Assembly: GCA_046262115.1 (NCBI GenBank)
Contig: JBHENJ010000029.1
Coordinates: 1-61,908 of the forward strand
Length of the DNA stretch: 61,908 nucleotides
Reading direction: 5' to 3'
DNA from: Candidatus Limnocylindria bacterium
Lineage (GTDB): Bacteria; Chloroflexota; Limnocylindria; QHBO01
In this document: positions 55,262-61,908 of the stretch, piece by piece
Position numbering within the stretch: position 1 is the first letter of the stretch
How the letters are laid out: each line of letters starts with the position of its first letter
The notes under the pieces: generated by a model
Database searches by the model: none
Told to the model about the DNA's origin: nothing
Seen by the model: only the letters and a program-made list of their open reading frames with translations
Translations under genes and position numbers: made by a program

Positions 55262-56592
55262 CGTATCGGCCCGTGCTGCCATCGGAGCGCGACCAGGCGC
55301 GAATGTCCCGGATTCGCGATCTCCGCGAGCAGCGGGTCGCGCCGTTGCGGCGGCGCCAGCGCTTCCAGCCCGCGGTCCTCGTCGGCTGGTTCGTGGTCGT
55401 CATGGTGGTCGCGGCGGTGGCGATCGCGGTCGGATTCCTTGCCTTCGCGCCGCGCCTGATGGGCTGGGTCGAGGAGAACCCCGGGGCGCTCGAGCACGGG
55501 CTGGTGGTCGACTTCGTCAAGTGGTACGAGCCCGAGACCCTCGCCGACGTCGCCGCCAGTAACAGCCGTCAGCGGATCACCATCGAGGTCCCCGAGGGCG
55601 CCAGCGACACCCAGATCGGCAAGCTGCTGTATGAGGCGGGTCTCGTGACCAACCCGCTGGCGTTCCAGTACGCGGTTATGCAGTCGGGACGCGCCGGCAC
55701 TCTCGAGGCGGGGCCCTACGACCTGTCGCCGAGCCTCACGCCGAGCCAGATCGTTGCCGCGCTCAACCAGGAGGACAGCGGTCCGGCAATCAGCGTCACG
55801 ATCCGGGAAGGGCTGCGCGTCGAGGAGATCGCCGCCACTCTGGCCGACACGGAGCTCACGATGAACGTCGACACGTTCGTCTCGCTCGTCAGGGAGCCAC
55901 CGGCCGACCTGATAGCGAAGTTCGACTTTCTCGCCGACCTGCCGGCTGGGCGCTCGCTCGAGGGCTATCTGTACCCGAACACGTACTCGCTCGAGGTCAA
56001 CGCGAGCGCGCGCGAGATCGTCGAGACGCTGCTCACCGGCTTCGGCACCCAGCTGACGCCGGAGATCCGGGACGCTCTGGCCGCCCGCGGCTGGAGCATC
56101 GATGACGCGGTCGACCTCGCCTCGATCGTCGAGCGCGAGGCCGTCCTCGAGGAGGAGCGGCCGCTGATCGCCGGCGTCTTCATCAACCGCCTCGAGGACC
56201 CGGCGCAGGAGTGGGTCCTCAACGCGGACCCGACGCTGCAGTACGCGTTGGCCACGGCGCGTAACTCCGCCCTGCCGATCTCCGAATGGGGGAGCGTCAA
56301 CTGGTGGCCGCCGCTCGAGGTCGGCGGCGCGGAGATCGGCCTGGACGAGTTGCCCGAGAACCTGCAGGGCTACCACACGTACCTCGTCTCAGGCCTGCCG
56401 CCGACTCCCATCGCCGCGCCCCGGGCGAGCTCGATCAGCGCGGTCGCGCGACCCGACACCGAGGCCGGCTACTTCTACTTCGTCGCCGCCTGCCCCAACG
56501 GCGAGCGCACCGGCGAGCATCGCTTCGCCGCCACGCAGGCAGAGCACGAGCAGAACATCCAGTTGGCGCTGGCCGAGTGCCCACCTCCATGA
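55258..56592 (+). CDS. mltG: Endolytic murein transglycosylase MltG (YceG-like)
   Basis: Tail of ORF 54586..56592 from the GTG at 55258 (GTGA overlap). TM segment, then EGYLYPNTY and ASIVEREA. Confidence 0.85.
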   Translation: MTYRPVLPSERDQARMSRIRDLREQRVAPLRRRQRFQPAVLVGWFVVVMVVAAVAIAVGFLAFAPRLMGWVEENPGALEHGLVVDFVKWYEPETLADVAASNSRQRITIEVPEGASDTQIGKLLYEAGLVTNPLAFQYAVMQSGRAGTLEAGPYDLSPSLTPSQIVAALNQEDSGPAISVTIREGLRVEEIAATLADTELTMNVDTFVSLVREPPADLIAKFDFLADLPAGRSLEGYLYPNTYSLEVNASAREIVETLLTGFGTQLTPEIRDALAARGWSIDDAVDLASIVEREAVLEEERPLIAGVFINRLEDPAQEWVLNADPTLQYALATARNSALPISEWGSVNWWPPLEVGGAEIGLDELPENLQGYHTYLVSGLPPTPIAAPRASSISAVARPDTEAGYFYFVAACPNGERTGEHRFAATQAEHEQNIQLALAECPPP

Positions 56593-57740
56593 CCGCCACC
56601 GTCGCGCCGATGACGGACGTGCTGGCGCAGCGGATCGCGGCCGTGCGCGAGCGGCTCGCTGCGATCCCGGCGGACGTCCTGATCGTCAGCCGCTCGGCGA
56701 ACATCCGCTACCTGTCCGGCTTCCGCCTCCGCGAGGGTGAGGAGAAGGTCGCGGGCTACAGCGGCACGCTCGTGATCTCACCTGAACGCCTCGTCATCCT
56801 CGCGGACTTCCGCTACCTCGAGCAGGCGGAGGACGAGACCGATGGATGGGACGTCCAGCGGACGAGGCGTCCGATCAAGGACGACCTTCCGCCGCTTCTC
56901 CAAGAGATGGGCGCCCGGCGGGTGGCGTCGGAGGCCGATGTCGTCAGCCACGCGACCTGGACCGCGGTGGCCGAAGCCGCACCCGACGTGGAGTTCGTCC
57001 CGACGCCGTGGAAGGGCGGCGAGCTGCGGGAGGTCAAGTCGCCCGACGAGGTCGCCGCCATAGAGCGGGCCTGCCGGCTCGGCGACCGTGCCTTCGAGTT
57101 CGTCCTCCGCTCCGCCCGCGCCGGCATGACCGAGGTCGATCTCGCCTGGCAGATGGAGCGCTGGTTCCGCGAGAGCGGCGCGGAGGCGCTGGCGTTCGAC
57201 CCCGCCATACTGGCCGGGCCGAAGGCCGCCATGCCGCATGGCCGTCCCGACGACACGCCGATCGCGCCCGGCAATGTCCTGCTGCTCGACTTCGGCTGCC
57301 AGGTCGACGGTTACCGGTCGGACATGACGCGCACCGTCTTCATCGGTCCTCCGTCCGATGCACAGCGCCGCATCTATGAGCTCGTCCTCGATGCGCAGCA
57401 GCGCGCGCTCGACGGTATCCGTCCGGGGATGAGCGGCCGTGATGCCGATGCGCTCGCGCGCGACCACATCACGGCGAACGGCCACGGAGACGACTTCGGA
57501 CACTCGCTCGGCCACGGCATCGGCCTCGAGACCCATGAGCTGCCAAACCTGGGGACGATGTCCGAGTCGACGCTCCAACCCGGGATGGTCTTCAGCGTCG
57601 AGCCCGGGATCTACCTGCCCGGCGACACCGGTGTGCGGATCGAGGACATCGTGGTGCTGGAGCAGGATGGCGTCCGTCGACTCACGCAGTCGCCACGCGA
57701 GCCGCTGGTGATCGACGCGGCTGCCGCCGACGGCCGATGA
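56589..57740 (+). CDS. M24-family Xaa-Pro aminopeptidase
   Basis: Tail of ORF 56286..57740 from the ATG at 56589 (ATGA overlap): LLDFGCQVDGYRSDMTRT, GHSLGHGIGLETHE, VRIED. Confidence 0.85.
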   Translation: MTATVAPMTDVLAQRIAAVRERLAAIPADVLIVSRSANIRYLSGFRLREGEEKVAGYSGTLVISPERLVILADFRYLEQAEDETDGWDVQRTRRPIKDDLPPLLQEMGARRVASEADVVSHATWTAVAEAAPDVEFVPTPWKGGELREVKSPDEVAAIERACRLGDRAFEFVLRSARAGMTEVDLAWQMERWFRESGAEALAFDPAILAGPKAAMPHGRPDDTPIAPGNVLLLDFGCQVDGYRSDMTRTVFIGPPSDAQRRIYELVLDAQQRALDGIRPGMSGRDADALARDHITANGHGDDFGHSLGHGIGLETHELPNLGTMSESTLQPGMVFSVEPGIYLPGDTGVRIEDIVVLEQDGVRRLTQSPREPLVIDAAAADGR

Positions 57741-58297
57741 TCAGCACAGGTGAGGTCAGGAAGGGCGTCATCATCGAGCTCGACGGCCAGCTCATGCAGG
57801 TCATCGACTGGAGCCACATCAAGATGGCCCGCGGATCGGCGCAGGTCCGGCTCAAGCTGCGCAACGTGCGCAAGGGCGACATCGTCGAGCGGACCTTCCA
57901 GGCCGGCACGCGCTGGCCGCGGGCGCGCGTCGAGCAGCGCAGGGTGCAGTACCTCTACGCCGATGGCGGCGCGTTCCACTTCATGGATGCAGAGACCTAC
58001 GACCAGTTCCCCGTGGCGGGTGCCCAGATCGGCGACGACGCGCGCTTTCTCAAGGAGGGGATGGAGGTCTTTGTCACCTCGTACGAGGGCGAGGTGCTGG
58101 GGGTGGACCTGCCCGTGACGGTCGACCTGCGCGTGGAGCGCACCGAGCTGGGGTTCGCGGGCGACACGGCGACCGGTGCGCGGAAGCCCGCGACGCTCGA
58201 GACGGGACTCACCGTGCAGGTGCCGCTCTTCGTGGGCGAGGGCGACGTCATCCGCGTGGACACACGGACCGGCGAATACCAGACGCGCGTCCAGTGA
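57737..58297 (+). CDS. efp: Elongation factor P (Arg at loop tip: KMARGSA)
   Basis: ORF 57737..58297: MISTGEVRKG..., GDTATGARKPATLETGLTVQVPLF, VDTRTGEY. Confidence 0.9.
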   Translation: MISTGEVRKGVIIELDGQLMQVIDWSHIKMARGSAQVRLKLRNVRKGDIVERTFQAGTRWPRARVEQRRVQYLYADGGAFHFMDAETYDQFPVAGAQIGDDARFLKEGMEVFVTSYEGEVLGVDLPVTVDLRVERTELGFAGDTATGARKPATLETGLTVQVPLFVGEGDVIRVDTRTGEYQTRVQ

Positions 58298-58313
58298 GCC
58301 GCGTCCAGTGAGC
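58286..58313 (+). repeat. Tandem 14-bp duplication CGCGTCCAGTGAGC x2 spanning the efp stop codon
   Basis: Read directly from the sequence. The second unit repeats the TGA 14 nt downstream. Confidence 0.8.
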
Positions 58314-58316
58314 GCC

Positions 58317-59666
58317 ATGCAACCGCGGCTCTGGGACTGGGAACCCGGATCGACCAGCTCGGCCGAGACGCCGGCGTCCGCGTCCGCCGCTCCCCGCGTT
58401 GCCGACGCGCCGCCGTCTCCCTCGCGTCCGGCACCCGTCGCGGCGTACCTGCCGCGGATCCTTCGCATCACCGACCTGAACCGGCGTGTGCGGGCCCTGC
58501 TCGATGACGACGCGATGCTCGGTGACCTGTGGGTCGAGGGCGAGGTCAGCGCGCCGAGCCTGCCGCCGTCGGGGCACTGCTTCTTCACGCTCAAGGACGC
58601 GTCGAGCCAGATCAAGGCGGTCATGTTCCGCGAGGAGCTTCAGCGGTCGCCCGTCCAGCCGCTGCACGGGATGCAGGTCATCTGCCACGGGCGCGTGCGC
58701 GCGTACGAGACGCAGGGTGTCTACCAGCTCTACGTCGAGTCGCTCCAGCCGGCTGGGCGGGGCGACCTTCATCGGCGGTACGAGGCGCTCAGGGCCAAGC
58801 TCACCGCAGAGGGACTGTTCGCCGCCGAGAACCGGCGCGCCCTGCCGCGCTGGCCGAGACGCATCGGCGTCGCCACCTCGCCGGTCGGCGCAGTGTGGCG
58901 CGACATCGGGAACATCCTCCGCCGCCGGTTCCCGCTGGTCGAGGTCGTCCTGTCGGCGACCATCGTCCAGGGCGACGCGGCCGCGGCCGCGATTGTCAGG
59001 GCCCTCCAGCGGCTGTACGCCGATCCGACGCTCGACGTCATCATCCTGGCGCGCGGCGGCGGTTCGATGGAGGACCTGTGGTCGTTCAACGACGAGCGGG
59101 TGGTGCGCTGCGTCGCCGCCTCGCCCGTGCCGATCGTCGTCGGCGTGGGCCACGAGAGCGACGTCACGCTGAGCGACTTCGCTGCTGATGTCAGGGCGCC
59201 CACGCCGAGCGCCGCCGCCGAGCTCGTGGTTCCGGACGGGACCCAGCTGCCGGCAATCCTTGGCCGCCTCCGTGACCGCGCGCACGCCGCGGCACGCGCG
59301 GCGATCGACGACCGACGGCGCCGGCTCGAGGCCGAGCGGCGGGCGCTGGCACGTACGGAGCCGAACGTCCCCGCGGCGCGTGAGCGCGCCGCCGAGCTTC
59401 TCGACCGCGGCTTCCGGGCGGCCGCGGGGCGGGTTGCCGCGGAGCGCGGGCGTCTGGAGCAGGTCGCCGCCGGCCTCCGCGCGGTCGGACCCGCGGCGAC
59501 CCTGGCGCGCGGCTATGCGATCGCCCGCCGCGAGGACGGCACAGTCGTTCGCGACCCCGAGCAGGTGCGGCCCGGCGACGCGCTGGACGTCGTCGTGCAC
59601 GCGGGGACCATCGGCGCGCAGGTGCGATCGACGCGACACGCGCGTCCCGAGGAGCTGATCGGCTGA
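58317..59666 (+). CDS. xseA: Exodeoxyribonuclease VII large subunit
   Basis: ORF 58176..59666 trimmed to the ATG at 58317. OB fold (LWVEGEVS...GHCFFTLKD), ARGGGS, VGHESD. Confidence 0.9.
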   Translation: MQPRLWDWEPGSTSSAETPASASAAPRVADAPPSPSRPAPVAAYLPRILRITDLNRRVRALLDDDAMLGDLWVEGEVSAPSLPPSGHCFFTLKDASSQIKAVMFREELQRSPVQPLHGMQVICHGRVRAYETQGVYQLYVESLQPAGRGDLHRRYEALRAKLTAEGLFAAENRRALPRWPRRIGVATSPVGAVWRDIGNILRRRFPLVEVVLSATIVQGDAAAAAIVRALQRLYADPTLDVIILARGGGSMEDLWSFNDERVVRCVAASPVPIVVGVGHESDVTLSDFAADVRAPTPSAAAELVVPDGTQLPAILGRLRDRAHAAARAAIDDRRRRLEAERRALARTEPNVPAARERAAELLDRGFRAAAGRVAAERGRLEQVAAGLRAVGPAATLARGYAIARREDGTVVRDPEQVRPGDALDVVVHAGTIGAQVRSTRHARPEELIG

Positions 59667-59890
59667 CCCTCTCCGACGAGCAGCTCGCCGCGAGCCCGTT
59701 CGACCAGCTGGTCGCCGAGCTCCAGCGCGTGGTCGGCACGCTGGAAGTGGGGAACCTGCCGCTCGAGGACACGATCGAGCTGTATCGCTACGCGCTGAAG
59801 CTCCACGCGCAGTGCGAAGAGCGGCTGCGCACCGCCGAGTTGAAGATCACCGAGCTGGGCCGGCGCGAGGGCCAGGAAACAACCGCCTGA
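59663..59890 (+). CDS. xseB: Exodeoxyribonuclease VII small subunit (apparent CTG start; absent from the ORF track)
   Basis: My translation: LTLSDEQLAASPFDQLVAELQRVVGTLEVGNLPLEDTIELYRYALKLHAQCEERLRTAELKITELGRREGQETTA*. The CTG at 59663 overlaps the xseA TGA (CTGA). Confidence 0.8.
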   Translation: MTLSDEQLAASPFDQLVAELQRVVGTLEVGNLPLEDTIELYRYALKLHAQCEERLRTAELKITELGRREGQETTA

Positions 59891-59902
59891 CCCCGCCGCG
59901 TC

Positions 59903-59908
59903 TATACT
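59903..59908 (+). promoter_or_regulatory. Candidate -10 element TATACT within GTCTATACT
   Basis: gcGTCTATACTcgaacc lies 27 nt before the dxs ATG. Confidence 0.35.
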
Positions 59909-59934
59909 CGAACCACCCCTCCAGCGGAGCCGGC

Positions 59935-61908
59935 ATGCCCCTGCTCGACCGCATCGGTCAGCCATCCGATCTTCGTGCCTTGACCCATCCCGAGCTCGAG
60001 GCGCTGGCGCACGAGCTGCGCCTGAAGATGATTCGCACGGTTCAGAAGACCGGCGGTCACCTGGCGTCGTCGCTGGGCACCGTCGAGATCACGCTCGCCC
60101 TTCACCGGGTCCTCGACTCGCCACGCGATCGAATCGTGTGGGACACCGGCCACCAGGCCTACGGCCACAAGCTCATCACGGGGCGGGCCGATCGGTTCGA
60201 CACGCTGCGCCAGATGGGAGGCATCGGCGGCTTTCCGAGGCGCTCGGAGAGCGACCACGACGTATTCGACGGTGGACACGCGGGCACCGGTGTCAGCATC
60301 GCGATGGGGCTCGCCGCGGCCCGCGACTCCCTACCCGCCGGGGACCTCCGCAGAAGCCAACGGATCGCCGTGGTCGTTGGCGACGCCGCTCTTACCAGCG
60401 GCCTCACCCTCGAGGCGCTCAACCACGTCGGCCACGAGAAGCCGCGTCTGCTCATCGTCCTCAACGACAACGCCATGAGCATCAGCCCGTCGGTGGGCGG
60501 GCTCTCGACACACCTCAACAAGCTGCGGCTCACGCGCGTTTACCAGGGAACCAAGGACGCGACCAAGGCGGCGCTGGCCCGGCTTCCGCTCGTCGGCAAG
60601 CCGCTCTTCGACGCGCTTGCGTTCACCAAGGAGGGGTTCAAGCGCTCCTGGGCCAAGGTCGGGTTCTTCGAGGACATGGGGCTGACCTACATCGGCGTCC
60701 TTGACGGCCACGACGTGCGGGAGCTGGAGCACGCCTTCGAGCGCGCCTTCGTGCTGCGCACCCCGGTCGTGCTGCACGTGCGGACGATCAAGGGAAAGGG
60801 ATACGAGCCGGCGGAGCGCGACAGCGTGTCGTATCACGGCGCAGCCCTGCCGCCCATCGATCTGCGCTCGCTGGACCCGGACGCCGAGCCCGCGCCGCCG
60901 GCGGTCTCGCGGAAGCCCAAGACGTACACCGCGGTGTTCACCGAGGAGCTGTTGCGGCTGGCGGCGCGGGACGATCGCGTCTGCGCGATTACCGCCGGGA
61001 TGCCGACCGGCACCGGGCTGGCGCGGTTCGAGGAAGCGTTCCCGGGTCGGTTCTGGGACGTGGGGATCGCAGAGCAGCACGCGGTGACCATGGCCGTCGG
61101 CCTGGCGCTCGCCGGCAAGCGTCCGGTGGTCGCGATCTACTCAACCTTCAGCCAGCGCGCCTACGACCAGGTGGTTCACGACATCTGCCAGAACGCCGCT
61201 CCCGTCATCCTCGCGATCGACCGAGCCGGTCTCGTCGGCGAGGACGGCACGAGCCATCAGGGCATGTTCACGCTCCCCGCGCAGCGCTGCCTGCCGAACC
61301 TCGCCATCGCCTCGCCCAGGGACGAGCAGGATCTGCGTGACCTCCTCGCTACCGCGCTCGCTCACGAGGGTCCCATCGCGATCCACTATCCGCGGGACGC
61401 CGGCGAAGACCTTCCGGACCGCGAGGGAGCGGTCCTTCACGTAGGCCGTGGCGAGCTGCTGCAAGCCGGTCGCGACGTCCTGTTCGTCGGCTTCGGACCC
61501 ATCGTCCAGCGCGTCCTGCGCGTTGCCCGCGAGCTGGAGCGGACCGATGGCGTGAGCTCCGCGGTCATCAACGCCCGCTGGGCGAAACCGCTCGACGGCG
61601 ACCTGATCGCGCAGCACGCTGCCGGCAAGCGCCTCGTGGTGACGGCGGAGGAGAGCGCGGCGATGGGGGGCTTCGGAGACGGCGTCCTGGACGAACTGAA
61701 CCGGCGCGGGCTTCGGGACGCGCCACTCCTCAAGATCGCCCTCAGCGACGGGTTCGTCGATCACGGCGCGGTCACCGACCTGCGCCGCGAACAGCGGATC
61801 GACGTGCCCGGCATCCTGGAGCAGGTGCGCGACCAGCTCGGCGCGGCGTCGATCGGTGAACGGTCGACGCCGGTTCGGCGATCGCGCGCGGAGCGGCCGA
61901 CCGACGCT
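59935..61908 (+). CDS. dxs: 1-deoxy-D-xylulose-5-phosphate synthase (open to the right edge; absent from the ORF track)
   Basis: My translation from the ATG at 59935: MPLLDRIGQPSDLRALTHPELEALAHELR...GGHLASSLGTVEITLALH...WDTGHQAYGHKLITGR...GDAALTSG...GIAEQHAVT... No stop before 61908. Confidence 0.95.
   Translation, partial: MPLLDRIGQPSDLRALTHPELEALAHELRLKMIRTVQKTGGHLASSLGTVEITLALHRVLDSPRDRIVWDTGHQAYGHKLITGRADRFDTLRQMGGIGGFPRRSESDHDVFDGGHAGTGVSIAMGLAAARDSLPAGDLRRSQRIAVVVGDAALTSGLTLEALNHVGHEKPRLLIVLNDNAMSISPSVGGLSTHLNKLRLTRVYQGTKDATKAALARLPLVGKPLFDALAFTKEGFKRSWAKVGFFEDMGLTYIGVLDGHDVRELEHAFERAFVLRTPVVLHVRTIKGKGYEPAERDSVSYHGAALPPIDLRSLDPDAEPAPPAVSRKPKTYTAVFTEELLRLAARDDRVCAITAGMPTGTGLARFEEAFPGRFWDVGIAEQHAVTMAVGLALAGKRPVVAIYSTFSQRAYDQVVHDICQNAAPVILAIDRAGLVGEDGTSHQGMFTLPAQRCLPNLAIASPRDEQDLRDLLATALAHEGPIAIHYPRDAGEDLPDREGAVLHVGRGELLQAGRDVLFVGFGPIVQRVLRVARELERTDGVSSAVINARWAKPLDGDLIAQHAAGKRLVVTAEESAAMGGFGDGVLDELNRRGLRDAPLLKIALSDGFVDHGAVTDLRREQRIDVPGILEQVRDQLGAASIGERSTPVRRSRAERPTDA

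Overview
GC-rich bacterial chromosomal window (no rRNA, no CRISPR) made of two very different parts. (1) Positions ~12.7-61.9 kb are a dense, mostly plus-strand housekeeping block: tRNA(CAU)-tilS-ftsH, a DnaB-C-like ATPase, a HAD/2H-phosphoesterase/SLOG/Nudix-like operon, nfeD-SPFH, comM-dprA-topA-xerC, murJ-femX-murE-femX, relA, asnB, hisS, aspS, iscS-mnmA, alaS-ruvX-mltG, pepP-efp, xseAB and dxs (which runs off the right edge). Many genes are chained by 4-nt NTGA stop/start overlaps. Two of these overlaps are CTGA, and hisS also appears to start at a CTG. (2) Positions 1-12.7 kb look like a decayed accessory island next to the tRNA(CAU) gene. It holds two tyrosine-recombinase fragments and three copies of the same tRNA 5' half with its upstream flank (only the last copy is a complete tRNA). 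It also holds a conserved ~160-nt module after each orphan half, plus a partial third copy beside a tRNA 3'-end-like scrap. At least seven cargo genes are broken by 1-nt indels in homopolymer runs or by truncation. The most interesting candidates are: the tRNA-half/module repeat system; the tRNA(CAU) butted against a tilS that lacks a canonical start; an XRE-HTH+TPR regulator divergently paired with a 40-aa signal-peptide sORF (RRNPP-like peptide signalling architecture); the four-gene nucleotide-processing operon; and a possible c-di-AMP-riboswitch-like leader. All product calls rest on motif recognition in the supplied translations. No database search was run. Frameshift positions are approximate.
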